A DNA stretch of 48,261 nt. Source: Candidatus Eiseniibacteriota bacterium. Its GTDB lineage: Bacteria > Eisenbacteria > RBG-16-71-46 > CAZEPH01. The position numbers and the translations under genes were made by a program. A model generated the notes under the pieces. The model had not been told where the DNA came from and did not search any database. It saw nothing but the letters and a program-made list of their open reading frames with translations. Position 1 is the stretch's first letter; each line of letters begins with the position of its first letter. Below are positions 1-9,127 of this stretch, piece after piece. The DNA is taken from contig JBGATO010000028.1 in assembly GCA_044229145.1 (NCBI GenBank), positions 1 through 48,261 of the forward strand. Reading direction: 5' to 3'.

Positions 1-1070
1 GCGAGGGCGGCCATGCGCTGCCAGAGTCGCGCGGCGAGGTCGCGCGCGGCGCTGGCGTCGAACGCGGGCGCTGGCGCAGCGCCCGCCACGTGTGTCTCCC
101 GCACGCGCACCGCCGTCGAGAACAGATGCGATCCCGGTTGCGTCATCGGCGTCGGCGCGACGTAGTCGAACCGCGTGACATCGCCGGCGAGCGGATCGCC
201 GAAAGCGTGCGGGCGATTTCAGAACCGGTCGCTGTCGCGCGAGCATCCACCGACCGCCGGCTTCATCGCGCGCACCATCGACGCGCGCTTCGGTCAGCAT
301 GTCGCCGTCCCAGCCGTCGGTGCCCAACGCGACGCGGCCACCCGCCGCGCCGAGCCGCGCGTAGCCGACGCGATTCCCCATGTTGGAGCGCGCGTTCTGC
401 ACCAGCCAGCCGCCGGAGTCGGCGAGGCGCTTCACGTCGTCGTCGCCCAAGTGCACGCCGTGCGCGTAAACGCTGCCGGGCACCAACGCATCGGCGGCGG
501 CGAGGCGCGCGACCGCGTCGCGGTCCACCGCGTCCTCGGCGACATGGATGTGCAAGCCGACGCCGTACTCGCGCGCGAGCCGCCCCGCGGCGACCAGCGC
601 CTCGTCCGGCACCGTGAAGCACGCGTGCACGCCGACCAAGCCGCGCACCAGAGGCCGCGGCCTGCGCGCAGAAAGCGTTCGGTTTCGGCGAGCCCGGCGC
701 GCCACTCGGCTTCGCCACCGTTGCGCGCGGTGATGCCGTACGCCACCACGCCGCGCATGCCGGCGCGTTGGAATTCGTCGGCGATCAGGTCGAGCGAGCC
801 GTCGATGCAGTTCGGCGATTCGTGATGGTCGATGAGGCACGTCGCGCCGGCCGCCGCCGCTTCGGCGATGCCGACGCGCGCCGACATCGCGATGGAGTCG
901 GCATCCAGCGCGCGATCGAGCCGCCACCACACACGCTCGAGGATCTCGACGAAATTGGCCGGCGCGACCGCCGGCCCCGGCATGCCGCGCGCCAACGCCG
1001 AATAGAGCGTGCGCCACCACGAGTCCCGCGACTTCGAGTCCACCGTCGATCTGCGCAGCCAGCCGCCCAT
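1..1070 (-). pseudogene. ssnA: SsnA-like metal-dependent amidohydrolase, frameshifted as assembled and running off the window edge
   Basis: SsnA-family motifs occur in different frames: GLVVAH / LYSALARG...[13 protein letters not shown]...IDHHESPN (ORF 432..1070). After a shift near 650 the frame reads [35 protein letters not shown], and near the end DYVAPTP...LWQRM. Confidence 0.75.
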
Positions 1071-1074
1071 ACCG

Positions 1075-2292
1075 TCACCACCTTTCGCACCGCGTCGAGC
1101 GACGGCGCCACGTCGAGAGCGCCGGCGGCGCGTGCAGACACGCGCCGCGAATGTCCTTGAGGCCGTTGCCGGTCACCACGTGCAGCACGGATTCGCCAGC
1201 GCGGATGAGGCCGGCCGCGCGTGCCGCCATGACGCCAGCCAGTGCCGCCGCGCCGCTCGGCTCGGCGAACACGCCGGTCAGCCGCGGCACGTCGCGCGCC
1301 GCGTCGAGGATCGCCTCGTCGTCCACCGCGATCCACGCGCCGCCCGACGCGCGCACCGCGTCGAGCGCCTTGCGCCAGTTGCGCGGCGCCGCGACGGCGA
1401 TCGACTCGGCGATCGAATCCGCGTGATCGGCGTGCACCGTCGCGAGGGTCGCCGGATCGACACCGGCCAGCGCGACCAACGGCGCCGCCGCCGCCGCCTG
1501 CACGCCGAGCAGGCGCGGTAGCCGCCGCAATACGCCGAGCGTGTGCATCTCGCGCAGGCCTTTCCAGATCGCTGCGATCGTGCAGCCATCGCCCACCGAC
1601 ACCGCGACGACGTCCGGTGGGTCGAGTGCCAACTCCTCGCCGATCTCCAGCCCGCACGTCTTCTTGCCTTCGACGAGATACGGATTCACCGCGGCGTTGC
1701 GCGTGTACCAGCCGAATGCGGCGATGGCCTCCTCTGACAAGCGGAACGCGTCCTCGTACGTGCCCTCGACCAGCAGCACGTGTGCGCCGAACGCGCGCAG
1801 TTGCGCGACCTTGCCATCCGGCGCGGTGGCCGGGACGAAGATGTACGCCGGCATCCCGACATTCGCGGCGAACCCGGCGAGTGACGACGCGGCATTGCCG
1901 GTGGACGCGCAGGCGATGGCGGTGGCGCCGGCCTCGCGCGCCTTCACCACGCCGACGGCGCTCGCGCGGTCCTTGAACGAGGCGGTTGGGAGGCGGCCGT
2001 CGTCCTTGAGCCAGTAGCGCGCGACGCCGGCCAGCGCGGCCAGGCGCGGCGCCTCGACCAACGGCGACCCGCCGACTGCCAGCGTCGGCAGCCGGGTGCC
2101 GCCCTGAACGGGCAACAGCGGCAGGTAGCGCCAGATCGAGCGGTCGCCGGTGGCCGGTGGCCAGGCGATGCGGGCGTAGTCGTATTCGACATCGAGGATG
2201 CCTTCGCGGCCGCACGCCGGACAGATGAGGTGTCCAGCGTCGGCGGCGTAACGGGCGTCGCAGCGGACGCAGCGCAAGCCGGTAACGTTCAT
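1075..2292 (-). CDS. thrC: Threonine synthase-like PLP-dependent enzyme (fold type II)
   Basis: N-terminal CxxC...CxxC ribbon, PTASFKDR (PLP lysine), [23 protein letters not shown] and VTGNGLKD. The last ~12 codons are probably frameshifted near 1117. Confidence 0.85.
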   Translation of the reverse strand: MNVTGLRCVRCDARYAADAGHLICPACGREGILDVEYDYARIAWPPATGDRSIWRYLPLLPVQGGTRLPTLAVGGSPLVEAPRLAALAGVARYWLKDDGRLPTASFKDRASAVGVVKAREAGATAIACASTGNAASSLAGFAANVGMPAYIFVPATAPDGKVAQLRAFGAHVLLVEGTYEDAFRLSEEAIAAFGWYTRNAAVNPYLVEGKKTCGLEIGEELALDPPDVVAVSVGDGCTIAAIWKGLREMHTLGVLRRLPRLLGVQAAAAAPLVALAGVDPATLATVHADHADSIAESIAVAAPRNWRKALDAVRASGGAWIAVDDEAILDAARDVPRLTGVFAEPSGAAALAGVMAARAAGLIRAGESVLHVVTGNGLKDIRGACLHAPPALSTWRRRSTRCERW

Positions 2293-2305
2293 GTCGCCCA
2301 GCCTA
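2293..2305 (-). promoter_or_regulatory. Candidate -10 box (TAGGCT) 7 nt upstream of the thrC-like ATG (leaderless-type promoter)
   Basis: The minus strand reads TAGGCT-gggcgac-ATG with no Shine-Dalgarno sequence. Confidence 0.35.
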
Positions 2306-2407
2306 CGCCCTGGCGCGCGGATCTCTGAGTGCTACGGGAGTAGAAGTGACCCGTGCGGCCGGGCGCGGGACAATCGGGGTTCTGAGTCCCGCTCCGCGAG
2401 GTCTGCC

Positions 2408-3790
2408 ATGTCCCGAATCCTGATCGATTCCGCCGGCTGGGTCGCCACCTGCGACGACGTCAAGGCGGTGGTCACCGACGCCTCCATCGTCTGTGAGGAT
2501 GGCGTCATCGCCGAAGTGTTGCCCACCCGCCCACACGGCTTCTTCGACGAGGTCATCGACGGCCGCGGGATGCTGGTGACGCCGGGCTTCGTCAACACGC
2601 ACCACCACCTGTACCAGACGCTGACGCGCGCGGTGCCGGCGGTGCAGAACGCCGAACTGTTCCCGTGGCTCACCACGCTCTACGACATCTGGCGCGGCCT
2701 GACGCCGGCGATGATCCACGACAGCGCGGCGGCCGGCATCGCTGAGTTGCTGCTCTCCGGCTGCACCACCGTCGCCGACCACTTCTATGTCTACCCGCAG
2801 GATCAGCCGGGCACGCTGCTCGATGCGACCATCGAGGCGGCGCGCACGCTCGGCGTGCGGTTCCACCCGACGCGCGGCAGCATGAGCCGCAGCCGACGCG
2901 ACGGCGGGTTGCCGCCCGACGATGTCGTCCAGGACGAACGCGTCATTCTCGAAGACAGCGCACGCGTCATCGCCCACTACCACGACGCCGAGCGCTTCAG
3001 CATGCTGCGCGTCGGTCTGGCGCCGTGTTCGCCGTTCAGCGTGACGCCGCACCTCCTCGTCGAAACCGCCGCGTTGGCGCGCCGTCACGGCGTGCGACTG
3101 CACACGCATCTCGCAGAGACGCAGGACGAAACCGACTACTGCGAGACGACGCACGGCATGCGGCCGCTCGCGTTCGCGCAGTCGGTCGGCTGGGTGGGGC
3201 CGGACGTGTGGTTCGCGCACGGCGTCCACTTCTCCGTGATCGAGGTCGACGTGTTGGCGGCCACCGGCACCGGCGTTGCGCACTGTCCAACGTCGAACCT
3301 GCGGCTGGGCAGCGGCATCGCGCCAGTGCCGGCGATGCACGCGCGGCACGTGCCGGTCGGACTCGGCGTGGACGGCAGCGCGAGCAACGACGGGTCGAAT
3401 ATGCTCGAAGAGATCCGGCGCTGCACGCTGGTCCATCGCGTCGGCACCGCGGTGGATGCGATGCCGCCGCACGATGCGCTGTGGCTGGCGACGCGCGGCG
3501 GCGCGCGGGTGCTCGGTCGCGACGACATCGGCGCGGTGGCGCCCGGCATGGCGGCCGACCTCGCGTTGTTCGACATGCGCGATCTCGGCTATGCGGGAGC
3601 GCTGCGCGATCCGGTCGGCGCGCTGCTGTTGTGCGCCGGGCCGTCGCGTGCGTCGGCGGTGGTCGTGAACGGCGAGATCGTGGTGCGCGACGGACAGCTG
3701 CAGACGATGGCGGTCGAGCCGCTGATCGGCCGCATGCACGACCACGCCGCGGCGCTCGATGCGCGCGCGGCGAGCGCGGTGCTCGCGTGA
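2408..3790 (+). CDS. 8-oxoguanine deaminase-like amidohydrolase (AtzB/guanine deaminase group)
   Basis: PGFVNTHHHLYQTLTRA, ELFPWL, RFHPTRGSMS...GGLPPD, APCSPFSVT, LHTHLAET, HCPTSNLRLGSG and GVDGSASND. ATG at 2408 follows GAGG. Confidence 0.85.
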   Translation: MSRILIDSAGWVATCDDVKAVVTDASIVCEDGVIAEVLPTRPHGFFDEVIDGRGMLVTPGFVNTHHHLYQTLTRAVPAVQNAELFPWLTTLYDIWRGLTPAMIHDSAAAGIAELLLSGCTTVADHFYVYPQDQPGTLLDATIEAARTLGVRFHPTRGSMSRSRRDGGLPPDDVVQDERVILEDSARVIAHYHDAERFSMLRVGLAPCSPFSVTPHLLVETAALARRHGVRLHTHLAETQDETDYCETTHGMRPLAFAQSVGWVGPDVWFAHGVHFSVIEVDVLAATGTGVAHCPTSNLRLGSGIAPVPAMHARHVPVGLGVDGSASNDGSNMLEEIRRCTLVHRVGTAVDAMPPHDALWLATRGGARVLGRDDIGAVAPGMAADLALFDMRDLGYAGALRDPVGALLLCAGPSRASAVVVNGEIVVRDGQLQTMAVEPLIGRMHDHAAALDARAASAVLA

Positions 3791-4035
3791 CCGGCGAGCC
3801 GATCCACCTGGTTGCCGAGATCTTCGGCGTATTGCGCCGTCCGGGCGGACGCCAGCGTATCGAGGTGACGCTGCCGTACGCCGCCACATCGCGTGAACTG
3901 TTCGCCGCGATGGGGTTCACCGAGAGCGAATGTACGGTGCTGCAGGCGAGTCTGGCCGGGCGCATCCTCGCGCCGGGCGAAGCGTTGCCAGATGGCGCGC
4001 TGCTCACCGTGTTCGCGCCGATGGGAGGCGGTTGA
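3787..4035 (+). CDS. MoaD/ThiS-family ubiquitin-like sulfur carrier (82 aa)
   Basis: The GTG start overlaps the upstream TGA (GTGA) and the stop overlaps the next ATG (TGATG). The C-terminus LPDGALLTVFAPMGGG has the beta-grasp Gly-Gly end. Confidence 0.75.
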   Translation: MTGEPIHLVAEIFGVLRRPGGRQRIEVTLPYAATSRELFAAMGFTESECTVLQASLAGRILAPGEALPDGALLTVFAPMGGG

Positions 4036-4916
4036 TGACGACGGGCATCCACGCGGCCGAATTCGCGTACCCCCGCACCGTCGACGAAGCATTGGCGCTG
4101 CTCGACGACCCAGTGCACGTCGCCGTGCCGATCGGCGGCGCAACGGCGCTCGCGCCGGGGTCACGGCGCGACGCCACGCTGTTCGTCGACGTGACGCGCT
4201 GCGGGCTCGACGGCTGGACGGTGACCGACGCGGGCGTGAAACTTGGCGCCGCACTGCGCGCTGCCGACATCGCCGCACTGCCGCTGCCGGGCGCGCTCGG
4301 CGATGTGCTGCGCGAGGCGGCCGGCGGCATCGCCACGCAGCCGCTGCGCAACGCGATCACGCTCGGCGGCAACATCGTCCACATGCAGAGTTGGTCGGAC
4401 CTGCCGCTCGCCTTGCTGGCGCTCGACGCCACCGTGGACGCGCGCTCGCAGCGTGCGGGCAGCGTGCAGATTCCGATGCAGGTGTTGTGCGAGTTGCATC
4501 CGGTGCGCGTGTTGCCGCCGCACGCATTGGTGACTGCCGCGCACGTGCCGCACGGCGCGCATCCGGAGATGCGCGGTGGCACCTACGTGCGTTTCCGGCT
4601 GCGCGCCACCGACTATCCGCTCGTCGCACTTGCCGTCGTGCTGACGCGCGACGGCCGCAGGTGCCGTGATGCGTCGATCGCGCTCGGCGCGGTGGCGGCG
4701 CGTCCGCTGCGGTTGCGCCAGGCGGAAGACCATCTACGCGATGTCGCGGGCACCACCAAGCATTTCACCGAAGTCGCCGAGGAAGCGGCTGCCGCGATCG
4801 CTCTCATGCACGACCCGCGCATGGATGAGGCGCCGCGCCGTCGCATCCTGGCCACTGTCCTGCGCCGCGCGTTGCAGACTGCGTGGGAGCGCGCCGACCA
4901 GCGAGGTGCCGCATGA
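4035..4916 (+). CDS. Xanthine dehydrogenase-family FAD-binding subunit (YgfM/CoxM-like)
   Basis: YPRTVDEAL, IGGAT, LRNAITLGGNI and IALGAVAARPLRL. Translationally coupled to its neighbours. Confidence 0.85.
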   Translation: MTTGIHAAEFAYPRTVDEALALLDDPVHVAVPIGGATALAPGSRRDATLFVDVTRCGLDGWTVTDAGVKLGAALRAADIAALPLPGALGDVLREAAGGIATQPLRNAITLGGNIVHMQSWSDLPLALLALDATVDARSQRAGSVQIPMQVLCELHPVRVLPPHALVTAAHVPHGAHPEMRGGTYVRFRLRATDYPLVALAVVLTRDGRRCRDASIALGAVAARPLRLRQAEDHLRDVAGTTKHFTEVAEEAAAAIALMHDPRMDEAPRRRILATVLRRALQTAWERADQRGAA

Positions 4917-5380
4917 GCGTCGTCCTGACATTGAACGGTGTGGTGACCACGCTCGACACGCCGCCCGACGCGCTGCTGCTCGACGCACTCCGCGCGCACG
5001 GTCTGATGAGCGTCAAGGACGGCTGCCGCGAAGGGTCGTGCGGCGCGTGCGTGGTGCTGATCGACGGCCGCGCGGTGCCGGCGTGCGTGACGCTCGCCGG
5101 CCAAGCGCACGGCCGTCGCGTGGAAACGGTCGAGGGTCTCGGCGACGCCGACCACCCGCACCCGCTGCAGGCGCGGCTCGCCGAAGCCGGCGCGGTGCAG
5201 TGCGGCTACTGCACGCCCGGCCTCATCATGGCGGCGAAAGGCCTGCTCGATGCGAACCCTGCGCCGACGCACGATGAGATCGCCCGGGCACTCGACGGCA
5301 ATCTCTGTCGCTGCACCGGCTACGTGAAGATCGTCGAAGGCGTGGCGCGTGCCGCCGAAGACATGAGGACGACACGATGA
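4913..5380 (+). CDS. Xanthine dehydrogenase-family 2Fe-2S subunit (CoxS-like)
   Basis: KDGCREGSCGACVVLIDG, QCGYCTPG and GNLCRCTGY. Confidence 0.93.
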   Translation: MSVVLTLNGVVTTLDTPPDALLLDALRAHGLMSVKDGCREGSCGACVVLIDGRAVPACVTLAGQAHGRRVETVEGLGDADHPHPLQARLAEAGAVQCGYCTPGLIMAAKGLLDANPAPTHDEIARALDGNLCRCTGYVKIVEGVARAAEDMRTTR

Positions 5381-7695
5381 GCCCGCGCGCCCTGCGAGAG
5401 GTCGGGCACTCGGTGCCCAAGGTCGATGCGCTGGCGCTGGCGGCCGGCGCACCGTTGTTCGTCGCCGACGAGGTCCCGGCCGGCACGCTCACCGGACGCG
5501 TGCTGCGTTCGCCCCACGCGCATGCGCGACTGCGGCGCATCGACGCGTCGCGCGCCCGCGCTCTGCCCGGCGTGCACGCGGTTCTCACCCACGAAGACCT
5601 CGAACGGCGTCTGTTCACCACCGCCGGACAAGGCGCGCCGGAGCCGTCGCCGTACGACTGTGTGATCCTCGACTCCAAGGTGCGCTTCGTGGGCGATGCG
5701 GTGGCGTTGATCGCGGCGGAGACGCCGGCGCTCGCCGAGGAAGCGCTCGCGGCGATCGTCGTCGAGTACGAGGTCCTGCCGCCGGTGTTCGATCCGCGCA
5801 CCGCCGACGCGCCGGGCGCGCCGGTGATCCACGACGAACCGGACGCGCACGTCGTCATCCCGGTCGAGTACGACCCGCTGCACAACGTCGCCGCGCGCGT
5901 CGATGTGCATCATGGCGATGTCGACGCGGAGCTCGCGGTCTCCGCGCATCGCTTCGACGCCGAGTTCAGCGTGCACTACGGGCAGCATGCGCCACTCGAG
6001 CCGCACGTGTGCCTCGCGCACATCGACGGGTTCGGCCGCTTGATCTTGCGTACCTCGACGCAGGTGCCGTATCACGTGCGGCGCATCGTCGCCCGGGCGC
6101 TCGGGTGGGAAATTCGCAAGATTCGCGTCATCAAGCCGCGGGTCGGCGGCGGCTTCGGCGCCAAGCAAGAAGTGCTGCTCGAGCCGATGTGCGCGGCGCT
6201 CGCCGTCGCCACGCGGCGGCCGGTGTTGATGCAGTTCAGCCGCGACGAGGAAACCGTGTGCTCGCGCACCCGGCATCCGGCGATCGTGCGGCTCGAAACC
6301 GGCATCGCCGAAGACGGCCACATCCGCGCCACCCGCATGACGGTGCGCACCAACACCGGTGCCTACGGCGCGCACGCGCTCACCGTGCTCACCAACTGCG
6401 GTTCGAAGACGCTGCCGCTCTATCACCGCGACGCGGTGGCGTTTCGCGGCGACTCCGTCTACACGACGATGCCGGTGGCCGGCGCGTATCGTGGCTACGG
6501 CGGCACGCAGGCGAGCTTCGCGCAGGAAGTGCAGATCGACGAAATCGCCGAGAAGCTCGGTGTCGATCCGCTGCAGTACCGGCTCCAACACGCGATCAAG
6601 GTGGGCGAGGGTTCGCCGGTGTTCGCGATGCTCGGCGAAGGCCGCGCCGGCGTCGAACAGAAGCTGCGCTCGAGCGGACTCGCCGCGTGCATCGCGCAAG
6701 GCGCCAAGGCGATCGGCTGGAAGCAGAAGCGCGGCAAGCCGGGACGTGGGCCTGTCAAACGTGGCGTCGGCATGGCGGCGCTCATGCAAGGCTCGTCGAT
6801 CCCCGAGATCGACATGGCGGCGGTGACCATCAAGATGAACGACGACGGTTCGTTCAACTTGCTGGCCGGCGCCACCGACCTCGGCACCGGCAGCGACACC
6901 ATCCTCGCGCAGATGGCGGCCGAAGTGCTCGGCACCACCACCGACCGTGTCCTCGTGCACAGCAGCGACACCGACCTCACGCCGTTCGACGTCGGTGCGT
7001 ACGCGTCGAGCACGACGTACCTTTCCGGCATGGCGGCGAAGAAGGCGGCGGAAACGGTCGCCGCGCAGATCAAGCGCGTCGCCGCGCCGCTGCTCGGCTG
7101 CGCCGCGCGCGAGGTGACGCTCGACGAGCACGCGGCGATCGCGCCGAACGGCCAGCGCATCGGCCTCGACGCCATCGGCCGCCGCACGTTGTACGAGAGC
7201 GACCAGTTCCAAATCGGCGCCACCGAATCGGCGATCAGTCACGCCTCGCCGCCGCCGTTCGCCGCGCACTTCGCGGAAGTCGAAGTGGACACCGAGACTG
7301 GCCAGGTGCGCGTCGTGAAGTACGTCGCCGCGTGCGATTGTGGCCGCGCGATCCACCCGCGGCTCGCCGAAGGCCAGGTCGAAGGGAGCGTCGCCAACGG
7401 ACTTGGCTACGCGCTCACCGAGCGCTTCTTGTTCGACGATCACGGCCGCGTGCTCAACGGCGCGTTCAGCCGCTACGGCATCTCCAGCGCCGCCGACATG
7501 CCCGAACTCGTGACGATTCTCGTGCCCACCGTCGAACCGACCGGCCCCTACGGCGCGAAGTCGGTGAGCGAGATCAACATCAATGGGCCGTGTCCGGCGA
7601 TCGCCAACGCGATCTACGACGCGGTGGGCGTGCGATTGCGGCATACGCCGTTCACGCCCGACGTGGTGCTCGCGGCGCTCGACGCCGCGCGCTAG
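5377..7695 (+). CDS. xdhD: Xanthine dehydrogenase-family molybdopterin-binding subunit (XdhD/YgfN-like)
   Basis: LRSPHAHA, TAGQGAPEPSPYD (XdhD-type), GGGFGAKQ, GAYRGYG, DLGTG, GQVEG and GPYGAKSVSE...PAIANA. Confidence 0.88.
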   Translation: MSPRALREVGHSVPKVDALALAAGAPLFVADEVPAGTLTGRVLRSPHAHARLRRIDASRARALPGVHAVLTHEDLERRLFTTAGQGAPEPSPYDCVILDSKVRFVGDAVALIAAETPALAEEALAAIVVEYEVLPPVFDPRTADAPGAPVIHDEPDAHVVIPVEYDPLHNVAARVDVHHGDVDAELAVSAHRFDAEFSVHYGQHAPLEPHVCLAHIDGFGRLILRTSTQVPYHVRRIVARALGWEIRKIRVIKPRVGGGFGAKQEVLLEPMCAALAVATRRPVLMQFSRDEETVCSRTRHPAIVRLETGIAEDGHIRATRMTVRTNTGAYGAHALTVLTNCGSKTLPLYHRDAVAFRGDSVYTTMPVAGAYRGYGGTQASFAQEVQIDEIAEKLGVDPLQYRLQHAIKVGEGSPVFAMLGEGRAGVEQKLRSSGLAACIAQGAKAIGWKQKRGKPGRGPVKRGVGMAALMQGSSIPEIDMAAVTIKMNDDGSFNLLAGATDLGTGSDTILAQMAAEVLGTTTDRVLVHSSDTDLTPFDVGAYASSTTYLSGMAAKKAAETVAAQIKRVAAPLLGCAAREVTLDEHAAIAPNGQRIGLDAIGRRTLYESDQFQIGATESAISHASPPPFAAHFAEVEVDTETGQVRVVKYVAACDCGRAIHPRLAEGQVEGSVANGLGYALTERFLFDDHGRVLNGAFSRYGISSAADMPELVTILVPTVEPTGPYGAKSVSEININGPCPAIANAIYDAVGVRLRHTPFTPDVVLAALDAAR

Positions 7696-7849
7696 GCGTT
7701 CTGCGACCATAGTCTGCGGCGCGCGGCCTCCGAGGTTCCCTTGGAGCGCCGCGTGTCGAAGCGCATCCTTGGCGTGTAGTGCCCTCGTCTCTGCCCGTCC
7801 CCCCACTTGCGGGCGCGTCTCCTCTGTATGTTCGCCAAGGAGTGTTTTC

Positions 7850-9043
7850 ATGCGTATCTCGACTGCTGTGTTGTTCGCCGGCGTGCTCATGCTCACCGCC
7901 TCGCCGGCCGCGGCGTGGAAGCCCTACGATAGCCCGCGCATCGTGCGCACCCCCAACGCCGCTCCATGTCCTCAGCACGCCACCACGCTGTGTGTGCCTC
8001 TCGATGCTAGCTTCACCGTGGTGAACTTCGACGGTGCCGGCGGCAACGGCCCGGCCGACCCCGCCGACCCCTGCCAGCGCAACGATGACGACGTCACCAC
8101 CGCCATTCCGCTGCAGTTCACCTTCGACCTCTACGGCACGCCGCAGACGCAGGTGTTCATCAACAACAACGGCAACATCTCGTTCGGCAGTGGCTACTCG
8201 ACCTACACGGCGAGCGGCTTCCCGGTGGCGGGCTACCCGATGGTGGCGCCGTTCTGGGCCGACGTCGACACGCGCAACGGCAGCGTCGGCGACGGCGTCG
8301 TCTACTACCGCAGCGACCCGCACCAGTTCATCGTGATCTGGGACCACGTCGGCTACTTCGCGGAAGCCAACGACAAGCTCAACACCTTCCAGTTGATCAT
8401 CAGCGACGGCACCGCGGCCGCGGTGCCCGGTCTCGGCAACAACGTGTGCTTCTGCTACGACAACATGGGCTGGACCACCGGCAGCGCGTCGGGCGGCAGC
8501 GGTGGCTTCGGCGGCGTCCCGGCCACCGTCGGCGTCAACGCGGGCGACGGCGTGAACTTCGTCCAACTCGGCCGCTTCGACCACAGTGGCTTCGACTACG
8601 ACGGACCGGGCGGTGCGAGCGACGGCGTCGGTTACTTGAACAACCGCACGCTGTGCTTCTCGGCGTCCGCGTCGGTCAACCAGCCGCCGGTGCCGGACGG
8701 CTTCCCGCGCGGTGACTCGGCGCTCTGCGCGCAGGTCGGCCAGACGTTGCGCTACACCGTCTACTTCACCGCGCCCGAACTTGGCCAGACGGTGCACGTG
8801 ACCGCGGACGACCACGGTACGCCGAACTTGGAGACGTACATCACCGACGGCAACCTCGCGTCGGCACTCGTGGTGTTCACGCCGGACGCGTCGCAGAACG
8901 GCCAGACCATTACGGTCGAATTCACCGCCACCGACGATGGCGCACCACCGGCTACCACGACGAAGGAACTCCACATCATCGTCGGCTGCCAGACCCCGGC
9001 GCGGCCGTCGACGTGGGGAACGATCAAGGCGATCTACAAGTAA
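7850..9043 (+). CDS. Secreted nidogen (NIDO)-like domain protein with C-terminal TWG..K.[LI]Y tail
   Basis: AAGGAG RBS and a signal peptide ending AAA-W. NIDO motifs FINNNGNISF, VAPFWADVDTR and NTFQLII, then an Ig-like segment. Ends CQTPARPSTWGTIKAIYK. Confidence 0.8.
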   Translation: MRISTAVLFAGVLMLTASPAAAWKPYDSPRIVRTPNAAPCPQHATTLCVPLDASFTVVNFDGAGGNGPADPADPCQRNDDDVTTAIPLQFTFDLYGTPQTQVFINNNGNISFGSGYSTYTASGFPVAGYPMVAPFWADVDTRNGSVGDGVVYYRSDPHQFIVIWDHVGYFAEANDKLNTFQLIISDGTAAAVPGLGNNVCFCYDNMGWTTGSASGGSGGFGGVPATVGVNAGDGVNFVQLGRFDHSGFDYDGPGGASDGVGYLNNRTLCFSASASVNQPPVPDGFPRGDSALCAQVGQTLRYTVYFTAPELGQTVHVTADDHGTPNLETYITDGNLASALVVFTPDASQNGQTITVEFTATDDGAPPATTTKELHIIVGCQTPARPSTWGTIKAIYK

Positions 9044-9072
9044 TCCGCGGCGCATCCTTGCCGCGCAACGCG

Positions 9073-9107
9073 CGACGCCCCGCCGGCACGCAACCGGCGG
9101 GGCGTCG
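9073..9107. terminator. 14-bp perfect hairpin between convergent genes (GACGCCCCGCCGG family)
   Basis: CGACGCCCCGCCGG-cacgcaa-CCGGCGGGGCGTCG. Confidence 0.7.
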
Positions 9108-9127
9108 TCGCGTCGGCGGGGGTGACG

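Noticed and set aside
2293..2407. Purine or Moco riboswitch in the divergent region of the purine locus
   Set aside because: The region is only 115 bp and has no recognisable aptamer consensus.
4035..7695. Selenocysteine recoding in the xdh genes
   Set aside because: The ORFs are full length, and the TGA codons are ordinary stops overlapping the next start.
5320..7896. Long antisense or alternate-frame ORFs (e.g. 5320..7896 -, 16940..18844 +, 22304..24568 +, 26919..28871 -, 36627..39275 +, 45218..47170 -)
   Set aside because: These are Arg/Ala/Pro-rich shadows of well-supported genes, expected at this GC content, and carry no recognisable motifs.
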